64,000 nucleotides of DNA, taken from assembly GCA_039630575.1 (NCBI GenBank), contig JBCNUW010000001.1, positions 659-64,658 of the forward strand, in the 5' to 3' direction. The translations under genes were made by a program, and so were the position numbers. Within the stretch, counting starts at the first letter, position 1. Each line of letters begins with the position of its first letter. This DNA comes from Candidatus Hydrothermales bacterium. Lineage in GTDB: Bacteria > Hydrothermota > Hydrothermia > Hydrothermales > JAJRUZ01. Positions 50,879 to 60,533 of this stretch are shown here, piece by piece. The notes beneath the pieces were generated by a model. It worked only from the letters and a program-made list of their open reading frames with translations. It did no database searches and had not been told where the DNA came from.

Positions 50879-50902
50879 TATATAATCAAATGAAGTAACC
50901 TT

Positions 50903-51931
50903 ATGAAAAGTATTCCAGAACCTTTAATTTTTAGAAAAAATAAACTTTACATTTTAGATCAAAGAAAAATACCGTTTAAGGAAAAATACTTTGTTGCAAG
51001 TAGTTTCTGTGATGTAAAAGTTGCTATTAAGAATATGATATTAAGAGGAGCCCCCTTAATTGGTATAGCAGGAGCCTATGGAATTTTATTAGGTTTAAGA
51101 AAAAAATTTAATTTAGATAATTTTTATAAGATGAAAGAAAGTCTACTTCTACTCAGAAAGACCCCCTATAATCTAAACTATACACTTTCAATATTAGAAA
51201 GACTAATAAAAAACGGAGCTGGTTATAAAGATCTTGAAAAAGAAGTAGAAAATATCTTTGAACAAGAAAAGATAAGGTGTGAGAGAATAGGTAAAAATGG
51301 ATTCAAAATTTTCAAGGAAAAACAATATAAAAAAATTTTAACTCATTGTAATACAGGGAAATTGGCAACTGGTGGTATAGGTACTGCTCTTGGGGTTATT
51401 TATAAATCAAAAAAGATAATTGAAATGGTTTATGTGACCGAGACAAGACCTTACTTTCAAGGTGCAAGATTAACATCATATGAATTGTTTAAGCTAAATA
51501 TACCGTTTAAAATCATTCTTGACGGAGAAGCATCCTTTTTGATGCAAAAAGGTGAGGTCGATGCTATCATAGTAGGTGCTGATAGAATAACTCAGGATGG
51601 TTATTTAGCAAACAAAGTTGGAACTTTGTCTCTTGCAATTTCAGCAAAAGAGTTTGGTATACCATTTTATGTAGCTTCACCGGTCTCAACAATTGATTTT
51701 AACACAAAGGGAATTGAAAATATTCAGATAGAGGAAAGAAGAGGTGATGAGGTTAAAGGATGGGGTAAGACAAAATGGGTGCTAGAGAACTTTGACGTAA
51801 TTTACTATTCGTTTGACTTAACACCACCATATCTTATAAAAAATATAATAACTGATTATGGTAATTTTAATCCTAATGAGCTAAAAATGGTTCAATTCCA
51901 TGAGGAAAGAAAGGAGTTTACTAATGCCTAA
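50903..51931 (+). CDS. mtnA: S-methyl-5-thioribose-1-phosphate isomerase
   Basis: LDQR, RGAPLIG, THCNTGKLAT, ETRPYFQGARLT, VGADRI and NKVGT. Confidence 0.93.
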   Translation: MKSIPEPLIFRKNKLYILDQRKIPFKEKYFVASSFCDVKVAIKNMILRGAPLIGIAGAYGILLGLRKKFNLDNFYKMKESLLLLRKTPYNLNYTLSILERLIKNGAGYKDLEKEVENIFEQEKIRCERIGKNGFKIFKEKQYKKILTHCNTGKLATGGIGTALGVIYKSKKIIEMVYVTETRPYFQGARLTSYELFKLNIPFKIILDGEASFLMQKGEVDAIIVGADRITQDGYLANKVGTLSLAISAKEFGIPFYVASPVSTIDFNTKGIENIQIEERRGDEVKGWGKTKWVLENFDVIYYSFDLTPPYLIKNIITDYGNFNPNELKMVQFHEERKEFTNA

Positions 51932-52184
51932 CAGACACTACGCTTTTGTTCTAATAAAAGTTCAAGTTGGGAAAGTGCCTTCAGTTGCTCAAAGACTTTA
52001 TAATATAAATGAAGTTAGGGAAATATTTATGGTTACAGGACCTTTTGATGTTCTTGCTATCATTGAGACAGAAAGTTATGAAAGATTAGGAGACATACTT
52101 GCAGAAGAAATTCAAAAAATACCTGGAATAGTTGAAACACAAACATTAATGGCCTTTAGAACCTATAAATACTTAGAAAAATGA
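51924..52184 (+). CDS. Stand-alone Lrp/AsnC ligand-binding (RAM) domain protein
   Basis: AFVLIKV...VTGPFDVLA...IQKIPGIVETQTL, with no HTH. SD AAGGAG at 51911-51916 supports ATG 51924 rather than 51900. Confidence 0.85.
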   Translation: MPNRHYAFVLIKVQVGKVPSVAQRLYNINEVREIFMVTGPFDVLAIIETESYERLGDILAEEIQKIPGIVETQTLMAFRTYKYLEK

Positions 52185-53914
52185 GAAAATTTTTTTTAAT
52201 TTTAGTTCTTTTTAATTTTTATCTTTTTGCAACGATCACAAGTTTTACTGTTACCCCATCCAATTTTACAGTTGGGGATTACGTAACTATTTCAATTACA
52301 GCTGATAGAGACGGAGCAATTTCGTTTTTTTTAGCTAACAGTACAAACCTGATTTATCCTAACACTGGTAATATAATAGGAGGCGTTTACCAAGGTTTAC
52401 ATAGAATTTTAAAAGCCGGGATAGACTCAATTTATGTAGCCGGAACCCCAGGAAATGCCTATAGCAATCCCTTTACTTCAAACCCAAAACCCCCAAGTAG
52501 AGTTATCATTTTATTTAACAATCAGCTTCATCTACCTGGTGATAGTATAAACAAGGGGCGAAGTTCAATTTCCTTACCAATTTTTCCTGTAGGAGAGCGT
52601 ATAAAATTTAATGTTAAACTAACTGACATTTTTTATAACGAAAGTCCTTATTCTGATACTTTAAATATAAACATCATCACTGATGACCCATACGCCACAA
52701 TTACTGATTCCGTTTATTTTTTACCAGGAGAAACCACTAAAGATGTAGAAGTTATTTTCAAAAGAGCAACAATTCCTTATCAGTTTTCTCCTAATGATAG
52801 AAGAGTTTTATATGGTCTTGTATCTGTGTCAAATTTTAAGGGAGATACTGCAAGGTATAACATAAATTCGCCTTTCTTTCATGTTAAATCCGGTGATTAC
52901 TCAAAACTTTTGATTCTTGAATACTGGGATTCTTCAGGTGTAATACAAGGAGAAATTTTTGATCCAGGAAATGAAAGTGTTGGAAAGATTTCAAAATTCA
53001 AACCCCATCCTTCTGGTTTAAATTTTTGGCTTGAGGCTCTAGCATGTGATCGTTACTTTAACAGGGTTACTGAAAATAACTTAAAGGTATTTTTAAATTT
53101 TGATACACCTCTTCCCCAAGGAAGTACTGTTTATCCTGAAACGGTAAACTTGAGAGATGGAAGAGACACATTTACACTTAACATAGTATCCTCTGGGCTT
53201 TATTCATGCTACCTTAATGATAAAGTTTTTAATATTAAAAGCAGCGGAGAATTAATTGACATAAGAGGCAACTTCTATAATATAACAGTAGATCCAGATA
53301 CAATTCTTTCCTGTACCCAACTTTTCAGATTCATTTTAAGGTACTATGATGTTTCAGGAAATCAAACAAATTCAAATCATAAAGTTTTTTTGAGTCCAGT
53401 AATAGCATCTAATAGAAATCAAAGATCTAAAGGTTATCTATCTGATACAGCCTTTAATTTAACTCAGGGAATTTTAGATGTATACTTAAGATACTGTACA
53501 AGTGCACCTTTTGAGGAAATATCAATAAAAGTTACTGATGAAATAGGGACATATCCTTTCTTTTCTGAGCCTATATTTGTAAATAGTTTTTCGGTAGGGG
53601 GTGATACCTTTTCGGTCTATCCAAATCCTTTTGGAAATGTAAAATATACTGGAGTAAAATACGATATGCTTAATATTGAATTTTATCTTCCTGAACCATC
53701 TGATGTAGAGATTTCTATTTATGATCTTTTTGGACACCCTGTAAAGAAACATAGAATTCCGTCACTTTCTCCTGGTAAGCATAAGTTAACATGGGATGGA
53801 AGAAACGACTTAGGTAAAAAGGTTTCAAGTGGTTCTTACATTTTAATTCTTAATGCTGTAAAGGGGGCAAGAACAGTTTATAAAAAAATAAAAAGTATTT
53901 CAGTAATATGGTGA
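52181..53914 (+). CDS. Exported Ig-rich protein with C-terminal FlgD-Ig/T9SS-type sorting domain
   Basis: Signal peptide; VYPNPF...IYDLFGHPV...WDGRNDLGKKVSSGSYIL...SISVIW. Confidence 0.8.
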   Translation: MRKFFLILVLFNFYLFATITSFTVTPSNFTVGDYVTISITADRDGAISFFLANSTNLIYPNTGNIIGGVYQGLHRILKAGIDSIYVAGTPGNAYSNPFTSNPKPPSRVIILFNNQLHLPGDSINKGRSSISLPIFPVGERIKFNVKLTDIFYNESPYSDTLNINIITDDPYATITDSVYFLPGETTKDVEVIFKRATIPYQFSPNDRRVLYGLVSVSNFKGDTARYNINSPFFHVKSGDYSKLLILEYWDSSGVIQGEIFDPGNESVGKISKFKPHPSGLNFWLEALACDRYFNRVTENNLKVFLNFDTPLPQGSTVYPETVNLRDGRDTFTLNIVSSGLYSCYLNDKVFNIKSSGELIDIRGNFYNITVDPDTILSCTQLFRFILRYYDVSGNQTNSNHKVFLSPVIASNRNQRSKGYLSDTAFNLTQGILDVYLRYCTSAPFEEISIKVTDEIGTYPFFSEPIFVNSFSVGGDTFSVYPNPFGNVKYTGVKYDMLNIEFYLPEPSDVEISIYDLFGHPVKKHRIPSLSPGKHKLTWDGRNDLGKKVSSGSYILILNAVKGARTVYKKIKSISVIW

Positions 53915-55173
53915 TTTTAAATATATTAAAATTTTTATTTTTAGGAGCCTGGGGTATGCCAGGTTCCTTTATGTTATACTCACCCTCTGCAAGATCCTTT
54001 GCTTTGGGTTCAGCATACACAGCTTTTGTGGGTGACCCTGCCTCCATATACTTCAATCCAGCAGGAATTGCTGAATCAAATCCTCAAGAAATTCAATTTT
54101 CACAGAGTTCTCTACCTCTTGGAGGTAACTATGGATGGGTAGGATATGTAAGGCCGACACAGAAAATTGGTAATTTTGGAGCAGCTCTTTTATTTGTGAA
54201 TTCAGGTAAGACAAAAGTTACTGATCCTGAAAACAAGTTTGGCGGAAATTTTGTTCATTTTGAATCAGCCTTTTATCTAACTTACGCGAAGGAACTTTCA
54301 AATTATGTTGATGCTGGATTGTCTTATAAGTTGCTTTATAAAACAATATCAAGATTTTCCTCTTTAGGTCATGCATTTGATCTTGGTTTTATCTTTTTAC
54401 CTCAAAATGTTTTTAAGGTTGGCGTTGCCTTTTTAAATCTACTAAATGTTCCTTATAAATTAATAGAGGAATCAGAAAAAATTCCACTAACAATTAGGGC
54501 AGGAATTTTATCAAGTTTTTTTGAAGGAAAATTTAATTTGCTTTTTGATTTTTATAATGTAAATGAATGGAATGAGAACTATTATTCTTTTGGAGCAGAG
54601 TACTACCCTGTTGATATTCTCTCTCTAAGGGTTGGTATGACAAAGTACAGTTTTACAGCTGGATCAGGAATCTTTCTTAAACTTCCAGGTAAAAGAATAG
54701 GTATAGATTTGGGTGGTTCTTATCATTATGAGAGTAACAACTTGTTTCCCTTCACTGGATTTATTACTCTTTATTTTCAATTTGCTGGATTTCGTGTTGA
54801 AGTTGCTCCAAATGTTAGAGTTTTTTCTCCCAAATCTCCAGAAAATAACATATTAAGGATTGATCTTTTTACTCAAGCAAGAAAAGAGGTTGAAAGATGG
54901 CAATTTGTTATAAAGGACTATAAAGGTGAAATTAAAAGGATTTATAAAGATTTTGGTGAAGCACCTAAAGAAATTTTATGGGACGGAAGAGATGACCTTG
55001 GTATACTTGTTCAAGATGGTTCTTACTATTATGAATTTAGAGTTGTTCAAAGGGATGGTAGTGTACTTATAGATACAGGTTTTCTTTCAGCAGTTAGAAC
55101 TATAGGACCAAAGGGTGAAATTTTTTATAGGGAAAAAGTTGAAGAAGAAATAAAAGAGGAAGAAGTAAAATGA
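53908..55173 (+). CDS. PorV/PorQ (FadL-like) outer-membrane barrel with C-terminal FlgD-Ig domain
   Basis: SARSFALGSAYTAFVGDPASIYFNPAGIA; alternating beta-strands to TLYFQF; then VFSP...WQFVIKD...WDGRDDLG..VQDGSYYY. Confidence 0.8.
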   Translation: MVILNILKFLFLGAWGMPGSFMLYSPSARSFALGSAYTAFVGDPASIYFNPAGIAESNPQEIQFSQSSLPLGGNYGWVGYVRPTQKIGNFGAALLFVNSGKTKVTDPENKFGGNFVHFESAFYLTYAKELSNYVDAGLSYKLLYKTISRFSSLGHAFDLGFIFLPQNVFKVGVAFLNLLNVPYKLIEESEKIPLTIRAGILSSFFEGKFNLLFDFYNVNEWNENYYSFGAEYYPVDILSLRVGMTKYSFTAGSGIFLKLPGKRIGIDLGGSYHYESNNLFPFTGFITLYFQFAGFRVEVAPNVRVFSPKSPENNILRIDLFTQARKEVERWQFVIKDYKGEIKRIYKDFGEAPKEILWDGRDDLGILVQDGSYYYEFRVVQRDGSVLIDTGFLSAVRTIGPKGEIFYREKVEEEIKEEEVK

Positions 55174-57938
55174 TTTTTCTCGTACTTATTACTATTTTAT
55201 TTTCTCCACAGGAAATTAGATTAATTGAAGATGCAGAACTTGTTTTCCATGAGGGTCTTTATAATGAGGCAATAAATCTTTACGATAAAATCCTTAAGAC
55301 AAATTTAGGTAAAGAAATGAAAAACGAAATTCTCTTTAGAATAGGAGAATGTTATTTTAATTTGGGAGAATATGGAAAGGCACTAAAAGTTTTTGAAGAT
55401 TTAGAGTTTAGGACACGTAAAACTTACCTTTATCCGGAAGTTCTCTATGCATTAGGTATTGTTCATTTAGCACTTGATCATTATGATAAAGCGAAGTTTT
55501 ATCTAGTTGAAAGGATAAAGGAGTTTCCCTCTTATGTAAATGATGTGAGGATAAGTGAAGGGCAGGGGATTTATTATTTTACACAGACAATATATGAAAG
55601 TGGTTATGAAAAATTAAAAAATGCAATTTCAGGAGTGGGTATTTTTTATAAAGCTTTAACGCTTGCAAGATTAAAAAGACCTGTTGAAGCTTTGAAAGAG
55701 TTCAAAAAAGTTCAGTTGCTTTACCCTCTTACACCACTTTCAGAATACGCATCTTATGAATCAGCTGAAGCTATGTTTATCAACAATGACTTTACCGGGG
55801 CTTTAAATTTATATCAAAAATTTATTGAACAATTTGGTATTTCTCCTCTTGTTGACTATGCAAAATACAAAATAGGAGTTTGTTATCTTCACCTTGGTTT
55901 ACCATCTCAAGCGTTAACCTATTTTAATGCTCTACTTGGACATCCCGATGAAATTCTAGTTTCCCACTCCTATCTGATGGGTGGGATAGCTTTAAGGGAG
56001 ATGAAGGACTATGAAAAATCAATTAAATATCTTTTAAAATCTGCTTTTGACTTTCCTCAGGTAGGCTCTGCTCCTTTAGCTCATATGGAACTTGGAAAAA
56101 CATACCTTTTAACTGGGAATCATGAACAGGCGCTTATAGCCTTTAAACAACTTGCAAACACTTATGTAACAGGAGAATTTGCAGGTTTAGGAGACTACCT
56201 TGCTGCAAGTATTCTCTATCAAAATAAAAGAATTTTGGAAGCTCAGTTTCAACTCGAAAACCTTATAAAATATTATCCTAAATCTCATATAATTCCTGCT
56301 GCATACGTTCTACTTTTAAAATGTATGATTGATACAAGACAAACAAAAGAAGCGATTTTAAGAGGTGAAGAATTTTTTAAGAGTGAAGTTTATAAACTTG
56401 ATGGATTAAATGAAAATTATAGGGAGAAGTGGTTCAATAGAATAAAATTAATGTTAGCAGAGGCTTATTATCAGGAGAGAGATTTACAGAATGCAATAAA
56501 ATACTATGAAGAATTGGTTGAGAGTGGAGATCCTGATATCATGCCTGAGGTATTCAATGGCCTTGGTTGGTGCTATCTTGAGAGCGAAAGATACGAAGGT
56601 GCAATTCAAAAATTTGATGTAGTAATCAGTTCATATCAAAGGGATACTCTTGCCCTTGTATCTTCTATTTTTGGTAAAGCAGTCACAATATATAATTCTT
56701 GTGCATTTTTACAAGATCAGTCCCAGAAAGAAGAAAGGTTCAAAAATGCTGCCTTTACTTTTAAGGAAGTTGTAAGACTTTATCCTTATTCTGAGCTTGC
56801 TCCTGCCTCTTTATTTTATGCAGGAGACGCTTTTGCAAAAGCAAACCTTTATGGTAACGCTGTCCAGGAATGGGATGCAGTTTTATCGGAATATCCTAAC
56901 ACAGAGTATGCGGGTTATGCAGCCTATTGGTTAGGCGACACCTATTTTAGGGCTGGAGAATTAGAAAAGGCTGTTTCTTATTTTAAAATCTTACTTGAAC
57001 AGTATCCGGAGAACAAATTTGTAAAAGAGGGATATTTGAGATTAGCATCAACTTACTATACCATGAAGGATTATGACAATGCCAGGGATATTATAAAGAA
57101 ATTTCTTTCTTTATTTCCTGAGGATTCACTTGTAAGGGATGCCAAATCTCTTTTAGAACAGGTTTATTATTTTAAACTTGAGGAAGAGCCGGAAAGGTTA
57201 GAGGAATATGCAAAAGAGTTTCCAGAAAGTGAACTACTTGCGCAACAACTCTATAGGGAAGCGGTAAAGCTCTATAATGAAAAGAAGTTTGAAGAAGCAA
57301 TTGAAAAAGCAAAGAGAGTTATACTTCTTTTCCCTTCTTCCACGAATGCAGCAGAAGCACAAAAGGTTGTTGTAGCTTCCTATGGTGCTTTAAACAATTT
57401 CAAAGCAATGGCTGAGGAAGCAGAAAAATTTGTTCAGTATTTCCCCCAACATGAGGAAGTACCTGTGATGCTAAAAGCGGAGGCTCAAGGTTTGATACAA
57501 ATAGAAGACTATATTAAAGCAAGTGAAGTTCTAGATAAACTGATATCAAATTATCCCTCAAGTCCATTGGCAAAGGAGGGAATAATTCTTAAGGCAGAGG
57601 TTTTATTAAATTTAGGTAAGTTGAGAGAGAGTATAAAGATCCTTGAGGAGACTTCACCAACAGAGGAATATGCTACAAGATACTATTATCTTTTAGGAGA
57701 GGCTTATAATAAGTTAGGTCAACCAGATAGGGCAATAAACTATTATTTATCTCTTTTAAAATTCGGAGATATGGATGATCCTTACAGGATAAAAGGACTT
57801 TATACACTTGCAAATCTTTATCAGTTAAAAGGTGATAATAGAAATGCGGCAGCTATTTATGAAGCTGTTGCTCAGATAACAACTGATCAAAATATAAAAA
57901 ATGATGCCCTTTCAAGGGCAAGTATTTTAAAAAAGTAA
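55170..57938 (+). CDS. Large periplasmic TPR protein (CpoB/BamD-type repeats)
   Basis: Many TPRs with YPxS/T-xx-A linkers over 922 aa, and a short hydrophobic N-terminus. Confidence 0.85.
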   Translation: MIFLVLITILFSPQEIRLIEDAELVFHEGLYNEAINLYDKILKTNLGKEMKNEILFRIGECYFNLGEYGKALKVFEDLEFRTRKTYLYPEVLYALGIVHLALDHYDKAKFYLVERIKEFPSYVNDVRISEGQGIYYFTQTIYESGYEKLKNAISGVGIFYKALTLARLKRPVEALKEFKKVQLLYPLTPLSEYASYESAEAMFINNDFTGALNLYQKFIEQFGISPLVDYAKYKIGVCYLHLGLPSQALTYFNALLGHPDEILVSHSYLMGGIALREMKDYEKSIKYLLKSAFDFPQVGSAPLAHMELGKTYLLTGNHEQALIAFKQLANTYVTGEFAGLGDYLAASILYQNKRILEAQFQLENLIKYYPKSHIIPAAYVLLLKCMIDTRQTKEAILRGEEFFKSEVYKLDGLNENYREKWFNRIKLMLAEAYYQERDLQNAIKYYEELVESGDPDIMPEVFNGLGWCYLESERYEGAIQKFDVVISSYQRDTLALVSSIFGKAVTIYNSCAFLQDQSQKEERFKNAAFTFKEVVRLYPYSELAPASLFYAGDAFAKANLYGNAVQEWDAVLSEYPNTEYAGYAAYWLGDTYFRAGELEKAVSYFKILLEQYPENKFVKEGYLRLASTYYTMKDYDNARDIIKKFLSLFPEDSLVRDAKSLLEQVYYFKLEEEPERLEEYAKEFPESELLAQQLYREAVKLYNEKKFEEAIEKAKRVILLFPSSTNAAEAQKVVVASYGALNNFKAMAEEAEKFVQYFPQHEEVPVMLKAEAQGLIQIEDYIKASEVLDKLISNYPSSPLAKEGIILKAEVLLNLGKLRESIKILEETSPTEEYATRYYYLLGEAYNKLGQPDRAINYYLSLLKFGDMDDPYRIKGLYTLANLYQLKGDNRNAAAIYEAVAQITTDQNIKNDALSRASILKK

Positions 57939-57976
57939 AATGAGTTCTAATCTCTTAAAAAATTTTAAAATTTAAA

Positions 57977-58621
57977 ATGATTTTAGGACAACCAATTTTA
58001 AAATTGGCATTAAACCCCTTTATGCTTGTGCTTGAGATCTCCTCGATTTTCGCTTTATGGGCTATTATTGATAGATTTATTGCCTATATGAAATTATCAG
58101 AAAAGGAAGAGCAAAAGATGATTGATAGAACAAAACTTTTAATAGAAAAAGGGAGGTTTGAAGAATTAAAGGCTTTTTCTTCTGCATTAAACAGACCATT
58201 TGCTAAGATTATTAATTTATTGGCGGAGAATATTCACTATCCAAAGGAAGTTTTAGAATCTGTTTTGGAAAGTGCATTAATGCTGACAAGACTTGAACTT
58301 GGTAAAAAATTAAACATTCTTGGAACAATAAGTTATATTGCCCCATTACTTGGACTTTTAGGTACAGTGGTAGGAATTATCCAAGCTTTTTACGCGGTTG
58401 CACAGAAAGGTGCAGCAGTAGGTCCTGAAGCAATGATGGAGGGAGTTGCCATTGCTCTTTTGACAACAGCTCTTGGAATAATGATTGCAGTTCCCTGTGC
58501 AATAATGTATAATTATTTTAGAAATAAAATAGACCACCTTATGGCAAGAATAGAAGTGTCAGCAGAAGAGATTATGAATTTTATGATCTATGTTAAAGAA
58601 CAAAAAGAAAAAGTTCTATGA
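57977..58621 (+). CDS. MotA/TolQ/ExbB proton-channel protein
   Basis: IAPLLGLLGTVVGIIQAF and ALLTTALGIMIAVP; three TM. Confidence 0.93.
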   Translation: MILGQPILKLALNPFMLVLEISSIFALWAIIDRFIAYMKLSEKEEQKMIDRTKLLIEKGRFEELKAFSSALNRPFAKIINLLAENIHYPKEVLESVLESALMLTRLELGKKLNILGTISYIAPLLGLLGTVVGIIQAFYAVAQKGAAVGPEAMMEGVAIALLTTALGIMIAVPCAIMYNYFRNKIDHLMARIEVSAEEIMNFMIYVKEQKEKVL

Positions 58622-59040
58622 TAAGGAAAAAGAAAAGAATAAAAGATACAGATTTTGAGCTTGATTTGACTCCTGCTATAAGTGTTGCCTTGATCCTCGT
58701 TTTAATATTTATAACTGGAGCAACACAGATTTTTCAAACTTGGTTAACTGTGACTTCTCCCAGAGTAAGAAAAGCACCTCAAGTAATTGAAAAAGAACAG
58801 AAAACAGAATTTAAGGTTAATATCCATCTTTTATCAAGTGGCCAAATTTTATTAAATGAAGAGGTTATCACTCAAAAAAAACTTGATTCACTACTTCCTG
58901 AGTTGATGATAAGGAGTGCTACAGGACTTGTTTTAGTAAGTGCAGATTCTGAAGTAGAACATGGAAAAGTTGTTGAAATAATAGATCTTGCAAAACAAAA
59001 AGGTGCAAGAGAAGTAGCTTTATTAAAGAGGGTAAAGTAA
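58618..59040 (+). CDS. ExbD/TolR family protein 1 (conserved TM Asp replaced by Ser)
   Basis: LDLTPAISVALILVLIF and VSADSEVEHGKVVEIIDLAKQKG. Confidence 0.85.
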   Translation: MIRKKKRIKDTDFELDLTPAISVALILVLIFITGATQIFQTWLTVTSPRVRKAPQVIEKEQKTEFKVNIHLLSSGQILLNEEVITQKKLDSLLPELMIRSATGLVLVSADSEVEHGKVVEIIDLAKQKGAREVALLKRVK

Positions 59041-59474
59041 TGGAGAATAACAAAGGTGAGTTTGCAAAAATTAACGTAACACCCTTGACAGATGTCGCTT
59101 TTACGTTACTGATTACACTTATGCTTGTTACATCTTATATGGCAGTAAAACAACCGCCTTTCAGAGTAATTTTACCAGATGTAGAAACAGTTGAACCAAG
59201 AGGAGCAGATGTTGTTACTCTTGACTTAGATGAAAAAGGTGAAAATCTTGCAATAAACGGGTATATTATAAAATGGGACAATTATATAAAGGTTTTGAAG
59301 GAGGAAGCGATGAGAGATCCATATAGGTTGCTTCTTATAAGAGCAGACAAAGGAACACCTCATGGTGTTGTTATGAAGGTTCTTTCTGATATAAAGAAAA
59401 TGAATTCGGAATTAATTTTAGAGGATAAAGAAAGCTTTTCAAAAATTGCTTTTGGAACAAGAAAGAAAAGATGA
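59040..59474 (+). CDS. ExbD/TolR family protein 2
   Basis: INVTPLTDVAFTLLI and IRADKGTPHGVVMKV. Confidence 0.9.
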   Translation: MENNKGEFAKINVTPLTDVAFTLLITLMLVTSYMAVKQPPFRVILPDVETVEPRGADVVTLDLDEKGENLAINGYIIKWDNYIKVLKEEAMRDPYRLLLIRADKGTPHGVVMKVLSDIKKMNSELILEDKESFSKIAFGTRKKR

Positions 59475-60526
59475 AAGTTTCAACTTCTAAAGCATATGGG
59501 TATATATATAAAACTCCTAAGTATTCAAATTATACAGGGTTTACAGTATCGTTAATAGTTCATGCACTGATTTTATTACTTTTACTTTTAAGACAAAGTG
59601 TTTACAGTGAAGGGACTTCACTATCGGTAACATTATTAGAAGAGGAAATTAAAAAGAGAAAAATAGAGGAAAAGAGAGAAACTGTAAAAAAAGAGGAAGA
59701 AAAAAAACCGGGTCCAGAAGTTAGACATAAACCTAATCTTTTTGCAGCTATACAGAGAACAATAGAACCACCACCACCGATAACAAACATAAATATAAAA
59801 CAAAAAATAGACGTACCAAAAATTGAAATATCAAAGAATTTACCAATTGAACCAGCACCTATTGTTCCTTTAAAGGACATTGAAATTAAGTCTGTTACAG
59901 AAGATATAGGTCCTCAAGCGAAGATAGATATAAAATCTTTAAAAATAGAAGAATCGGGTATCGGATCAGATATAGTTGTTGGACAGGGGGCTCCCACATC
60001 AGAAATTCTCAAAAGACCAGCTTACAAACCGACTGTTGATATATCCAAGCAAGTTGCAGAAAGTGGTTTGGGTCAAGGTGGAATTGCTCAATGGGGTCCA
60101 GGAGGCGGTAGTGGTACTGTTGGGTCTAAAAAAGTTGAATTAAAAGTTAAGATGGAAGAGCCTCCACCTTCTTCTCCTTTACCTTCACCTTCTACTTCTT
60201 TTAAGCCTGAGATTAGAAAAAAAGAGAAAAAAATAGAAGTTGAAATCTCGGGTTCTATAGCAGGAAGAAAGATAATTGCAAAATTTCTGCCTTCTTATCC
60301 CTCCTGGGCAGCAGAGAGGGGAGTTGAAGCTGCTATTACAGTAAAAGTAGAAGTTGAACCGGACGGCACTGTTAGAAAAAATGTATTAGTTATAGGAACA
60401 AGCGGATATCCTAATTGGGACAATATTGTAAAAAATTCTGTCCTGTCTTGGAAATTTGAATCTTTACCAAGTGATATTAAAACAATTCAATCAGGTTATA
60501 TAACTTTTAGATTTATTCTTGAATGA
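59471..60526 (+). CDS. TonB-family energy transducer
   Basis: TM with SxxxH (SLIVH); Lys/Glu-, Pro- and Gly-rich linker; TonB_C motif PSYPSWAAERGVE...VEPDGTV...SG...WKF. Confidence 0.88.
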   Translation: MKVSTSKAYGYIYKTPKYSNYTGFTVSLIVHALILLLLLLRQSVYSEGTSLSVTLLEEEIKKRKIEEKRETVKKEEEKKPGPEVRHKPNLFAAIQRTIEPPPPITNINIKQKIDVPKIEISKNLPIEPAPIVPLKDIEIKSVTEDIGPQAKIDIKSLKIEESGIGSDIVVGQGAPTSEILKRPAYKPTVDISKQVAESGLGQGGIAQWGPGGGSGTVGSKKVELKVKMEEPPPSSPLPSPSTSFKPEIRKKEKKIEVEISGSIAGRKIIAKFLPSYPSWAAERGVEAAITVKVEVEPDGTVRKNVLVIGTSGYPNWDNIVKNSVLSWKFESLPSDIKTIQSGYITFRFILE

Positions 60527-60533
60527 TAATTAG

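Noticed and set aside
50890..50898. ATG-AAG-TAA mini-ORF before mtnA
   Set aside because: It lies only 3 nt after TATAAT, so it probably precedes the TSS. Such triplets are common in AT-rich DNA.
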